Part shown: positions 51,195 to 64,000 of the stretch, piece after piece | How positions within the stretch are numbered: position 1 is the first letter of the stretch | Layout of the letters: every line of letters begins with the position of its first letter | Source of the DNA: Phoronis australis | Taxonomy: Eukaryota > Animalia > Phoronida | Reading direction: 5' to 3' | NCBI GenBank assembly: GCA_002633005.1 | Contig: NMRA01000043.1 | Coordinates: 1,201,924-1,265,923, forward strand | DNA: 64,000 bases | Notes under the pieces: model-generated | Told to the model about the DNA's origin: nothing | The model's input: the letters and a program-made list of their open reading frames with translations, nothing else | Databases searched by the model: none | Made by a program: the position numbers and the translations under genes

Positions 51195-52671
51195 CAACAC
51201 GATTGGTCGCTGCTGTGTGCGGTTCATTTCATCGATTCAAATATTTCCGTGGTGGACAACTTTTGTTGAATATAATAATTTTATGAAATTGGCCAGTTCA
51301 GTTTTTTATTTCTCCATAAAAGATCAGGATGTAGTTATAGTCAACCAATTCTGTTCAGGAGTTAATCTATGAAAAACATTCTGGAACCTGTAATGTACAT
51401 GTAATGGTTCAGTGTGATTGTTTTGCATTAAAATAGTGGTACAACTAACAACATCTCCACATTATTTTTAAACAAGATAAAATTATGTGTTCAAAAGGAT
51501 TTTTAAAATTTTTCGAAAATGTTAAGATATTGCAAGAAATATCAGGGAGTTCCAGGCCGCCTTTTTATGTACAAATGTGGGCGTCTTCGTGTCTGCCTGT
51601 GCATCTGGCGCCTGCTATTGTATATCTCATACCCTGGGCTTCACAGGATCACGTGTCTTCCTTTTAAGGAAAACATGATTGGTGCTCATTTTTGGATGGC
51701 TCCAAATACTGTTGTGTTCTCCAGTTGTAAGTTATCATTGGGTTTCATAGGCGGATTTAGGGAGGGGCCTGCCCCCCCCCTTGGCTGGCTGCCGCAAGCA
51801 AAATGGAACAGCAACAGCATGAGGAAGTAGGACCGGTAGTGGAGAAAGGGGGGCTCAGACCCCAGATTGCGGTGTTCCTTTTTTATTTTATTTAGTTATT
51901 TTTTTTAGTCCACTGGTAGATTTCCTGGACAGAAGGTTCACATGCCCAGTCCAGCATCCTTCGGCCTGCCTGCATATACCATCGCTCTTTGCCACTTCTC
52001 CCGAGACAACATGTTGGTCCCCCCCCCCTTATGGTATCCTAGGTCCACCACTGGGATTTCGTGGTTATCTACCAATTTCTTTAATGGACCTTCGTGAGGT
52101 TTAACCTTTAGGGTTGTCTTCCTGATGAGGAAAATACAACTGGTGTTGATTTTCGGATGGATCCCACTGCAATATCTAAAAGATGAGTAGCCTTATATCT
52201 GCACTGTTTGTGATGTACACGGTGAACCGATGGGGGAGTGTCATTGCTATATGTTGTTTGTGGTGGGCAGGGTCGACGTATACCAACGCTGTATTGTATG
52301 CGATGCACATGATGGCCACCTATCAACGCTTTGAATTCAATCTCAAAATTTAAAGTGATTTGTGTGGAGCCAGTTAACCACGGTGTCCACTAAGCATTTG
52401 CCCGGGAGCCCCCACGACTACAGTACAAGGCCCTCACACGGATCCATGTTCGTTGTGACTTGCAGTGATAATAAAAGTCAAACTTATGTGCTTAGCACAA
52501 GAATTAGAAGATTAAGCTACAATTAAGAGCTGGTCATCACGAAAAAACGGTTAAGGTCGCGCTTTGCGCTCGCAAGACCTAATACAAGTTTATCATGCGA
52601 GCACAAAGCCTTCAAAATGGGGGGGGGGGCTCGACTTCCTGATCTTATGGACCTTTTGCTAATAAAAGAGT

Positions 52672-52822
52672 GGGCGGACTAAAAAAAAAGAACGGGAGCA
52701 CCACTGTGAATTGTGCGTTTGCGCTTATTTACTGGATTTTGTCCCATTTCCTTGGACATTTTGTCTCTCAGGGGCCGCGGACCTTTTTGCCAACTTCGCC
52801 CCCCCCCCTGGATGCGCGCATG
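52672..52822 (-). repeat. Dispersed repeat family copy (also about 35175-35343 and its duplicate at about 36895-37061)
   Basis: Reverse-complement match: catgcgcgca..ggcgaagt.ggcaaaa.ggtc..gagagacaaaa..gcgcaaac.c.caattcacagtggtgct..ttttttttagtccgcc. Confidence 0.7.
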
Positions 52823-54364
52823 TTTATCGCAATATGTTGAAAGTAATGTGACGAGGTATTTACTTTTATTGCTGCATCGATTGAAATATTTTCTAGGGAC
52901 CAACTCTCCGCTATGTGTGCTGCTGACAGGACTTGGACAATTTTGTTTCGGTAAAGGGTGTGGTATCACGTCTTACCGACAGACGCATTTACAAAATTTG
53001 TTTTTGTAAGACCCTTCTAATGTAAGCTTGAGTGGGCAACCAAGCGTTTCATAAATGACGTCTGCAACAACTTCATGTGTTTAGTAAAGCCGAAAGTGCA
53101 GGATGGAGACGCCGTATGTTGGTCAGAAATTTGTTTTCTTTCCGAAGCCAACTGGACAAGAAGTTCATGTGTATGTCGTGAACTTGATCACGTGGTGACG
53201 TTTTCCCTCTTGAGTGCTAGCTTCACGTGTGTAATCCTTGGTGACAACTGTGGTATAATCATGGGCGGCGCACCATAGGGGGCTGGGGGGTCTATAGTCC
53301 CCCTTTCATAGTTTCAGTGCTCTGCCGCGCCTTGTCTTTGGCCGGTGCACCACAGAGTGGCTGGGGGCTATAGCCTCCCACTTTTTTCAGTGCAGCGCCG
53401 CCCATGCTAATATCTGGCGAAAGTGCAGTGAATAACGTGAAGGTTCGCAGTCATGTCAATAACTGAGTTTATGATTTGACGGGGAGTGAGGGGAGCAATT
53501 ATGAAGCCGGCGAGTGGTGAAAGCAATTTCGCCGGAGAAGACTTTTTAATTGTGCTAACGGGGGGACCGTGCCCCTGTTGTGGTCATNCTAGACTAGCCT
53601 ACACACAAGCTTCCCGGCCAGAGAGTCAGCGGCTCCCATCATGACGCGGTCCGGTCTGCGGTCAGGCCGTAAATCGTGGACCCTGTAAATATTTGGTATT
53701 TGGATCAAACTGAGACTCATTATTTAATAGTGTATGGTGAACGTAATTTGTCCTACAATGGGGCATCATTATTGACAGCCGACTCCGGGCGGGGTCCATG
53801 ACTCATGGACAACTGTTGCCCGCAGTCGGGCGTGTACCAAAAATTGCGGTTAGGCTGCACGTTTTCAACGAGATTTACAGGACCCGCGCGGGGTCCAAAA
53901 GGTCCCTAAATTTAAATTTCGTCTCCCGGGCCCAAAAGTCGCACGTGCACATGATGGCAGTTATGAAGGGCGCTACCACCAATTTCACAAAGTGTGTGGT
54001 AATTAGCAGACCTGGCATCCGCAGCAATAGGTGATCTCTCATAAATTTTTGGTACACGCCTGCGGGCACCTTGTCAATATGATTGACCCTCGCAGAGGCC
54101 CCGTGTGAGGGCCGGGGGGCCAGGGGGCCAGGGCAGATTATTAACTAGGATTTTGCCCTTCAGACATTCTTACCCCGGAATTGCCGAATGGAATCTAGAA
54201 GAATTTTAGGGGGGGCATCGCTCACTTGCCCCCCCCCCCCTCTAAATCCGNTGTGAGACCCAAACCTCGGAGCGCCTCCAACCACAGACATCGGTCATTA
54301 TTCTGGTAACCTGCAGATGGCGCTCCATCTTGAGAAATGCGCAAGCGGAAATGCAACTGCGTAC

Positions 54365-57300
54365 ATGATGAGATTTCGGAGTTCACGCTTATCTACGTAT
54401 TGATCATGCTGGATTTCGGTAGAGTTCTGTGACATTGGGATCAGTTATGACGGTACAAAATGTCCTGGTTTGTGAGAGCGTTAATTAGGTAAACTATTCA
54501 TATGCTCACTGTGTGCATAAACGACACAGGGACTGTCTTCTTAGTCATGTTTCGTGTCTGGTGGCTGGACTGGCTTGAGTTTGGTCAATGGGAGGCACAG
54601 GTAAAGAGTGGAACTAGTAAGGGCTACGCCTTTACGGGACCTTGGAAACAACATTGTTTTCCTAGCTGGGACTACCGAGGAATTGCAACGTGGGTTTGGT
54701 AACTGCTGATCCGGATCTGTACTTAATTAATGTGGGTTATTTCTGGAAGTACTTTTAAATCTTGAATCAACGTTCTCCATCAAGACGAAATTATATCGCC
54801 GTAAAAGGATACTAAGCCTGGTTTTGGCATATTTTAATATGTTAATATATCTGTTACAACGGATACCAAAAACAATTTTCTCATCCAGTTCTCTGAAGTA
54901 AAATAATGCTCTGTAATAATGCAACAGCTGTATAAAGTTTGGAGGAAAACTCCTTCCAAAGTCTGCTAAATGGGCAAACGTGACCAATGCTGTTAGCGAA
55001 TTACTTTTAGCAGATTACATGGCAACTGTGTGAAAAGACCACCTACCAAGGATCATAATGTCCAATCTGTGACATAGGGAGTATGAGTTTTTAGTTAATT
55101 CTTGTCTTGAACTTGGAAGATTGACACCAATGGTGTATCAATAGGTGACAGAACGAGGATTGGTTGAAACAGGGTTTAGTATTCTTTTAACATAACAATT
55201 TGTTCATTACAGACCTTCGCACGCTTGTCGTATTAACAGTTTCATTCACCGCTCCTCCCTGGGATCACTGCATTTAACACATGGGAGTAACTACAATGTC
55301 ACCGGTGCACAGAAGTTCTCCACCTTAAACTCTGGTACAAGAACATACTTGTCCAACAAACGACTCGTCAAAGGTCTCCCTGTACTACAGGGTGCAACAG
55401 TAGACACTGTGTTACGCGGGGTGCAAGGACGAAACATGAGCTCTATAATACGAGCTGCCTCAGGATTGCTACGTCTTCGTAATCTGTTCTTTGCTGGTGC
55501 TGTTGGCGGTGGTGTAGCTGCGCACAGTGTGAGTTGATGTTGAGTGTATCAAGGTGACAGACGCAAAGCTTCAATACTTAACGCATACTTTATTGTGTTT
55601 AGGAAACAGACGCATTTTTCAGTGCTGATCTGTTTTTAAATAGATTAAATTTCAAAACATTTGGTCAAAGATTATTTCAACACTGAAAGCTGTGGAATCT
55701 TGTGAATCCGAAAATACTTAAAGCACAAATTTTTGGATTTATAAAGAAGTAGGTTGTGGTATGGTGATCAGAGTTAGGTGGCCCAGTTTGAACAACAATA
55801 AAACAATTACTTGAATTGATATTCCATGCATTCCACCAATATCATACCTAATTCAGTGTAAATTAGAGATTACAACAAATCCTATCAGTAGCGAAGTTTA
55901 ATTTTTCCTTTTGGTGAAGCAATTATCTGCCAGTGGGTACATATATCTGGTCATCTTTGGGTAGATGAGGTGGGTCATGAAGATGGGGTCAACTGAATAT
56001 GGTCCAAAAAGAGGGTTATTCAGTGCTAAAAGCAAGAGGTTTTCGCGTGAGGTGTTCCGAGTATGATTATATGTTAACTTACTCTTTGGAGTATTTGGGG
56101 AATCAGTATGCAAGTGGTCGGTGCTTCTGTTTAGAGCACTCTCAAGGCTTCGATTTGGTGACCTGCAGCTGGCCTGTGACCTCAAAATTTGCCGTAGTTT
56201 TCAGGGTTGCAGCCAAGTCAGAAGTGGTCATTAAAACAAAATTTGTTTCTGCAACCTTCTGCCAAATTTCATAGCTATTCGATTGAATAATTACTGTGTT
56301 TAGTAAACTGCCAACATGTTTGACCTTACTGTGCAATTAGTTCAGTTTTCTGTTTATAGAAGTACGAGTCATGGAGGGACAAGTTACCAGATTTTACCTG
56401 GCTCAAAGAAAGTGCTCCTGAAGCTGTCCACTTTCTTGACCGTATGGGAACCAAGTTTGCTGATGCTAAAGATAGATGGGCTGTTAGACGAATGGTATGT
56501 TCTTACAGGGGTGTTGAGCTGTTCTGATTCAGCAGTTCTCAGTTCCATGTCTTTATTTAATGGAATTGATGTGTCGTTGATTGACTCTCCCGCACACAGT
56601 CATCACTGTGCTGTGACCAAGAATCTTCTGAAACTAACTGTTTTATTATAAGTTATTAGCTCATATTTCGGAGTCAATAATTCTCCATGTATAGTGACCA
56701 CTCATACTTTCATACTGACCTCTGCTATGGTAATATTATTTTAATTTCTTATAAATTTTTTTGTGAAGTAATGCAGATCTCGTCATGATTCGGTGCCAGG
56801 AATTTCTTGTTCACAAGTTATTTCATTACCACTATACTGCCAGCATATCACCGAACTCGAAAGTCTGTTTATGTCGTACGGATTCTGACGTCACATTTGT
56901 TTATAAATAACCATAAAATCTAAACCACCAGATGAATGTAAACCCGCATCATAGCATCACAGGTCTCACCATCACGCTGTTGTATAAAAGATGTGTTTTT
57001 TGAAAGACTAAAATGTTTACTGACTTTCATTACATGTCATTTGCTCTTTACCTCAATCATCACATTTTTGGCGTCTGAAAACCAACATTCTCATAATGAC
57101 CTTGGTAAAAGTCATCTATCGTATAGTAACGTGCGCAGTTGTCTGAAAATTGAAATGTTTTTGTTTTGACAATATTTTGTGTTTTTTGTAGCTTCCCGCT
57201 GTGTCTAACTTAATATGTAAGACAATGTGTAGTTAATTTTGTAACTTTTTGTCTTTACATCAGGAATGGAAAGAACGTCGACGATCAAGATATGAAGCTA

Positions 57301-60300
57301 TGAGTGAATGGCTGTCTGACAAGCGCTACAATATCGGGAATAAATTGGACGATATTGTAACTCCTGTGAAAGAGGGTAAAAATCAAATAATCTGGTTTTA
57401 CAATTAAGTGTATTCTATGTCCTGAATGTGGTTACTGCACTATATAATAGTTTAGACAACAGCTCATCAAGATGATATCATTGTATTATGTTTCAAGTTA
57501 TTTTCATTGAGTCCACAACATTATCTGACTCCTTGTTGTCACGACCCTCTGCGCTCATTGTTTTCATAATCCAAACAGGACTGGGATTTGAAATGTACTA
57601 TTTAAATCTTCATCGCAAATAATGATGGGGTTTTGTGTCAAAAATAAACAAAACTATACATGATTCGAAAAGTGAAAGACTAATTACATAAGTAAAACTA
57701 TTAGTTTTCTCACATGTTGGTCACATCATGTGACCTATATTTAGGTCTGAAAAGTCTGTGCCCCGACAGGGGACCGAACCTGGGACTTTCTGCTAATTGT
57801 GCAGCGCTCCAGTCCACTGAGGTGTCGAGACCACTGGTTGATTACAGAAATCCAAACACACTTAACAGAAAACATCTTACCCAAAGTTAGGAATGCAACT
57901 CGTAATTCTTGTATGATTTCAACACGCTGATTTATCATGACACAGTGAATGACATTGTTTTTTCATTCAAGACATAATACTGTACACGGATTTGCATGCA
58001 AAAAACAGGTGATTAGAAGAAATGTATTAAACCTTATAATCATTTTACATGACTCGGGATGTCATTAAATTTTAAACTTTTGTTCGTAGCTGATTGTTGT
58101 TCAACTGATACTTTTTGTCTTAAAGCCACACTGCTAGTTTTGTGTCTTGTTCTTTATTGTTTGTCCACCGAGAGTTTGACTTTGCCCACAGTGCAGTGTA
58201 TGAATGTGTTTGCTCTCGTTTTAACAGGGTTTCCTGACGTGGTAACAATGAGCGGAGTGACAGGTGTGTAGAATTCAAGCTGTATTCGAACAACACTTAA
58301 GGACAGTTTTGAAACTGACAACTAGTTTTGTTAAAGACTTTTTGGTATTCAGATTTGTTCACAATGGGGCAAAACCATGTATTCACTTTCTAGACATAAC
58401 TAAGTTAAAACTGGCTTTTTTGTTTCATTTTATTTTCTTATTGTTTATTATTGTTATTTGTTGTCATGGCCTATTTTATGCCAATTTGCTTGCTGTTTAT
58501 ACTATTTTAACTTCATATAACATAATGATTATAACTACACACAGGCTCCCTCTGGTGAATGACCAGTAAACCTGTCATAAAACACAGCTTGCATTCTGCA
58601 CACATTGTTGTATGTATGGATGGATGGCTGATGTGTTCATTGCCTGCAACCGCTTGATATTTAAAGCCCAAAATTCCTAAATGTTGTAGCAGTTATGCCA
58701 TCTGTTGCCCAGACGGGGAACAACCACAAACCTACATGTGTTTGATTTTGGTTCATAACTGTTGTCTATTCTGGCTTAGTTGGTAATAAAATACTGATAA
58801 GCTTTTCTGAAGCCTTAAATCACTAGACAGTGGTAGGGGGCACGCTGAGACCTGTAAATAACAAAAGATGGGCAATTAAAATGTATTTTTTCTAACATCA
58901 AGCATTGCCTTGAATAGGTGTTTAGTATTAACTAAGTGGTGTACCCATTTAAACAAAATGTAAATTATCGGAGTTAGTTGGATGCCAGTTAGGGTCGTGG
59001 GTTAATGGTCCTTTGATAGCCTGAAATGGAACAATTGGGTGTCATCAAACTGTTGCAACACTGAGCCACTGCATCCTCTGGTTCTGTACTTCAGGTTATG
59101 AATCTTCAAGAAACAAGCTGTCCAAGTCACCGATGTTAGCTGTTCCTGTCAGTCAAAAGAGCAGTTCAAGTGATGAACAGCCACAAACCAAGCGTGTAAG
59201 TCAACACAGAAGTTAAGAGTTTCAAATTGTAAATGTTTCCCTTAGTGTCTATGCGCTGTAGCCATTCTATGATTCTTCATACTTGACTAGTTTTGCCAAC
59301 CATAGCCTTTTCCTGAGTATTTTTTTATGGTGTCTGTGTACAGATGAGTCAACAAGAGAGACTAGAGCAGGTGCAACAGGAGATGATGAAGGTTCAGGTG
59401 CGCTATCAGAAGGAGGTGGAGAGGCTGGAGAAAGAGAACAGAGAGCTGAGGAAACAAGTGTTACTTAGAGGAGTGCGTCAGACAGGCAAGAGAGCACGCA
59501 CCATGCAGGTGAGTTGAGGTTACGTTAATAAGTTGAGAAAATGGGTGTTACTGAGAATGGGAGCGTCAGATGGGCAAGAGGGTGCCCATTATGCAGGTGA
59601 GTTTAGGTTACGCCAATGGGCTGAGGATACAGGTGTTGCTGAGAAGTGGGCATCAGCCAGGAAAAGGGTATACCCCATGCAGGTGAGTTGAGGTTATAGA
59701 CTGAGGAAACAAGTGTTACTGAGAGGGGGCTAAAGACAGGATAGAGGGCACGCACTAGGCAGGTGAGTTGAGGTTACATTAGGGCCGAGGAAACAGGTGT
59801 TACTGAGAGGGTAGTGTCAGATGTGTAAGAGAGCACCTGAATAGTGACTTTTGTGGCTTAACTTCTTGAGATGTACTATGTTACTACATTACAGGAAATC
59901 ACCAGAAACTTTCCTGATCAGCTTTCTTGTTTTTATTGTCAGACATGTCTAGCCTTGGTGATGTTAATAATGTCAAAATCTTGCTATCGTCAAGTTTGAG
60001 TCCACTTAGTAGTAAGCACGCTGTGATTGTCTTTCAGAAGTCTTTGATAGACATGTACTCTGAAGCCCTTGATGAGTTGGCTGATTATGACTCCAGTTAC
60101 AACACGCAGGACCATTTACCAAGGGTATGTACTTTTGTAACTGGTGTGTGAAAAGTCTTGCATCGAAAGAGTTTGGAAATTGAGCATGCATTAAATATTC
60201 TGTTGATGAAATATAGTCTTCATTGAAAGTGACCTATTTATACCAAACCCTCTTTTTGCCCAGACAACAGCACGTAGCCAGTTTGAGGTTGGGTGCCTCA

Positions 60301-63300
60301 GTTCTAGTTATAACAAAAGTATATAATATTAACTAATAGATATGTAAGGCAATAAAGTGCAGCTGGAAAGGGAAAATGGGAGCGGGGGAAGGACTTTCAC
60401 GTGCCATTCCCACACACACACTCACGCCGTGTGGAAATGATGTCTGAAAAAATTAGGTTTATATAAAATTATAAATAACAGTATTATTACGTACAAACAT
60501 AACTACATATAAAAATAATAATAATAATAGTACAACTTATTTCTAGAATACTAATTAAAAGCATGCGTGCAGACCTCTCCATTTATCCAAACACTTAATG
60601 TTTGTGAGCAGTGCTTGATTGAGGTTTCAGTCGTTGACAAATTTCCCTCCCCCCTGTATCAGGTTGTTGTGATTGGAGACCAGAGCTCTGGCAAGACGAG
60701 TGTTCTAGAGATGATAGCTCAGGCGAGGATATTCCCACGTGGCTCTGGTGAGATGATGACTCGGTCACCAGTCAAGGTCACTCTGTCTGAAGGTCCATAC
60801 CATGTGGCTCAGTTCAAGGACAGCACGCGAGAATTTGATCTCACTAAAGAGTCTGAGGTAGAGTGGCTGCAAATGCACTCTCAGGATTAACAATACACGC
60901 CAATATATTGAGCATAGTAACCTGAAATTCGAATATCTAGATTGATGGGGAAATGATTTTTTTGTGTGTTTAGTTTTGACGTGTACTGTACCTTTGCCTG
61001 CCCACCTCGGTGCGTTAGGATCCGCATTGCTCTTTGTTTAAGTTACGGAATACACACATTTTCTCATGTGTCCGTTAGTTGATAGTGGCAGTTGGCCAGC
61101 GTTAAGACATACTGTTGACGATGCACTGTTCAGAGCCACATATCAATATTCTACATCGTTCTTGTATCTGTATCTCTAGTTATCATGATACCATTGCACC
61201 ACCATAGTCTCATATCAATACTCTACGTTGTTCTTGTTTCTTTATATCACTGGTTATCGTGATACCATTGCACGCCATCATCCTTCTTCTTTTCACTCAG
61301 TTTACCAAATGTCTATCTCTAATATACTTATGTTTGTCTGTTTCATTTTAGCTTGAAGCCCTTCGTCGAGAGGTTGAGCTACGAATGAAGTCGAGTGTGC
61401 AACAAGGCCAGACAATAAGCACTGACGTTTGTATCTACTTATTGCTTCCTTTCATCTCCAGTTGTGTATACTCTCTCCCTATTACCAATCCCAACTGTAC
61501 TGAAACTGTCTCACCATGGGCTGGGCATAACTCCATATGCATTAACCACAGTCTAACGAATGTATTGTTTAGTCAAGATTGAAAACTGTGGCTTGTAACT
61601 TGAGTTACATCTGTTCTTCATAAGATGCATTCCATTTGAGATTGGTCAGCTATTGATTGTTTTATTCAGTTGTAACAAAGTGACAGTATTGATGAACAAT
61701 ATTAGTCATACTGTTAATGTCAGTAGACTCCTATTCACTAACCATGCCAACACACAGTTGTAAGATATTGTTAATCATGGATGTCACTTATTTACTAACC
61801 ATCCTGCTCATATTTCTATGTTATTACAGACTATTTCTATGACAGTCAAAGGCCCTGGTCTCCACAGAATGGTGCTAGTGGATTTACCAGGCATTATATC
61901 TGTGAGTATCTCAGAATTAATAGGAGTTCTTGCGCAAGCTGCTGTTTGTAGTGAGAGGGTACAATTAGCTTGTGTTATGTAATAGATTTGAATGGTAGTA
62001 ATTTGATTGTACTGTAGTTGTTAGTGCAGATTGAACTGTTAACATTGATTGAGAAGGAGAGTGTGGTCCACAACAGTTACAAAGTTTGCGTTAGTCAATT
62101 CATGTACAGGCATGCTTTAGATAGTGGTTCCCAATTTGTGCTTGTCTATTCTAGACAACGGTTCACAATTTTGTTGTGTATTTTCAGACAGAGACTGTGG
62201 GCATGGCTTCAGATACGCGGGAATCCATAAAGAGGCTCGTCAAACAATACATGGAGAATCCCAACGCCATAATCCTCTGTATTCAGGGTAGGCTGTGGTT
62301 ATACAGTTTCACTGCTGAATTTCTAAGTTACTTGTGTTATCGCACAAAGAGGAAGCAGTTTAGCCTGCTGAGACAAGTGTCGGCTTTCTTTACTGAAGGT
62401 CATGGGTTCGAGCCCACTGAAGCGCACTATTAGACCCTTGAGTTAGGTCTCTAGCTGCTCGGCTTGGTTTTAACTATATATTGATAACGCATAAAAATGG
62501 TTTCCGGTGATCAGTGCAATGGGCCCACGTCTGGCACAACGTGCGCCAGACCGCCTGCTGTTAATTTTTTATTGCTTAGCTCAAGGAATTGGTTATAGTG
62601 CACTCACTCCTGCAGTGGCCTCTATATCTTTATCTGACCGATGTATGCGACCAGCTTAATGTGATGAATGTCATGATTACGTGTGTCTGGCAGTTACAAA
62701 GTGGTTCCCTCTAGAGCTCACAACCTGTTGTTTGGGAAATATCATTGTGTGTGTGGACCATGTAAGATACTAGTTCTTTTATTGTTTTATCTCTTCTCTA
62801 ACTGGTATGTTTGATCTTTTATAATTATTTGTTGGCACTTGATAACTAACTAAGTTTCAATTACCTTTAATACCAACCTCCAAATTATTGTCATCTGGAA
62901 GTGAAGTATGCCTGTGATGAATGTGGAACACTGGTCTCTTAACTTTACATCACTGCACTTACTACACGCTGTTGACATGATTACCCATCCTGCTTTGCAG
63001 ATGGTTCATTGGATGCTGAGCGAAGTAATGTGACTGATATTGTCAGCTCCATGGACCAGCAGGGCAAGAGGACTATATTTGTACTCACTAAAGTGGATCT
63101 GGCTGAGAAAACACTGTGCAATCCTGACAGAGTAAGAGTTGTACAATCATCAGTTTTCATGATCACGCGTGTCTCACTGCTTGTAAATCCGTCTGTTTTC
63201 GGTCCACATTTAACATAAAATTTGTTGAAAAGAGCTTTGCTAAGCAGTGTAAAGCTGTTGATGTATTCTGCTGTGCTGTTACAATCACGCACATGTAGTG

Positions 63301-64000
63301 GTTCCAAGCAGGCGAGAAATAATGCATAATCTTGTTATTCCATGATGGAGTTGGCTTTGTGGTGTAAATAGCCTTTCTCATACTATGGTCTGATATTCAA
63401 CACCTGGCCGTTGTAGATCAAACAGATTCTGGAAGGTCGACTGTTTCCCATGAAGGCCCTGGGATACTTCGCTGTGGTTACCGGCCGTGGTAACACTAAC
63501 GACAGTATACAGAGTATCAAGGAGTATGAAGAAATGTTCTTCAGGGAGTCACAGTTCTTCAAGTGAGTATTCTCGACTGCTTAACAGTCCTGTTATTAAG
63601 TCTAGCTGATTATACCAGGGAGTCACAGCTCTCTAAGTGAGTAGTCAATACATGCAGTGCACTTGCTCTCAACTTGTTCATTGTCTAGGTTAGAGAGGAT
63701 TTCTGTATCATTCTATAACATGGCGTTGTAGTCATTTAGAGATGAGGAAAATGGTTTTAAAAATAAGAATTGAACACCATGGTGTAAGTCACACCATACC
63801 ATGTCCACAATTCTTGCCTTGATTTAAAACTACCAGATCCGTTTCTAAATATTATTGTTATTCTTTCTCAACAGGACAATGTCCTTACACTAACTCATTA
63901 ATAACTTTTATCCTTTCCTTAAGGGACGGAGTCCTTAAACCAACTCAGATGACAACACAAAATCTCAGCATGGCTGTCTCCGACCGATTCTGGAAAATGG
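54365..64000 (+). CDS. OPA1: Dynamin-like 120 kDa mitochondrial GTPase OPA1, 5' part (continues beyond the window)
   Basis: Exons 54365-54396, 55213-55528, 56360-56494, 57264-57375, [58228-58263], 59095-59195, 59344-59508, 60038-60124, 60663-60857, 61352-61426, 61830-61901, 62188-62287, 63001-63131, 63417-63562 and 63924->64000, with consistent phases. Arg/Ser-rich presequence, [18 protein letters not shown], coiled coil [44 protein letters not shown] (G1), MMTRSP (G2), DLPG (G3), TKVD (G4), [15 protein letters not shown]. Confidence 0.97.
57759..57830 (-). mobile_element. tRNA-derived SINE head (degenerate)
   Basis: Minus strand ctcagtggactggagcgc (A-box-like) ... ccaggttcggtcccc (B-box-like); no clean cloverleaf. 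Confidence 0.45.
59445..59836 (+). repeat. Tandem repeat (about 80-88 bp, about 4.5 copies) derived from an OPA1 exon end and its splice donor
   Basis: Unit gctgaggaaacaagtgttact.agagg...gcag|gtgagttgaggttac; CAG|GTGAGTT at 59508, 59596, 59682 and 59762. Confidence 0.85.

Noticed and set aside
57759-57830. tRNA gene
   Set aside because: A/B-box-like motifs only, no convincing acceptor or anticodon stems; treated as SINE-like.

Overview
Intron-rich eukaryotic DNA from a draft, heterozygous assembly of a bilaterian invertebrate (the exact taxon cannot be fixed from sequence alone). Most ORFs in the six-frame track are spurious; real genes had to be assembled by hand from GT-AG exons. The right third holds two housekeeping genes on the + strand: a DDI1/DDI2 aspartyl protease (44197-51194; UBL, retroviral-like protease, UIM-like helix and UBA) and the 5' part of OPA1, the mitochondrial dynamin-like GTPase (54365 to beyond 64000). 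The left third holds small secreted-peptide genes on the - strand. One is a complete 4-exon, 155-aa precursor with an anti-lipopolysaccharide factor (ALF)-like C-x20-CPG loop, preceded by a possibly cleavable amidated amphipathic helix (3295-4918). A probable first exon of a tandem paralog sits at 570-579. The other is a 3-exon, 103-aa agatoxin-like/agouti-like knottin prepropeptide (11073-21095) with a possible degenerate alternative last exon. Repeats include TTAA-flanked Kolobok-type THAP transposon derivatives (one with an empty allelic site), a 5'-truncated L1/Tx1 with its TSD, a 1.3-kb foldback, MITEs and minisatellites. Two tandem duplications at single-N joins are probably haplotype artefacts.
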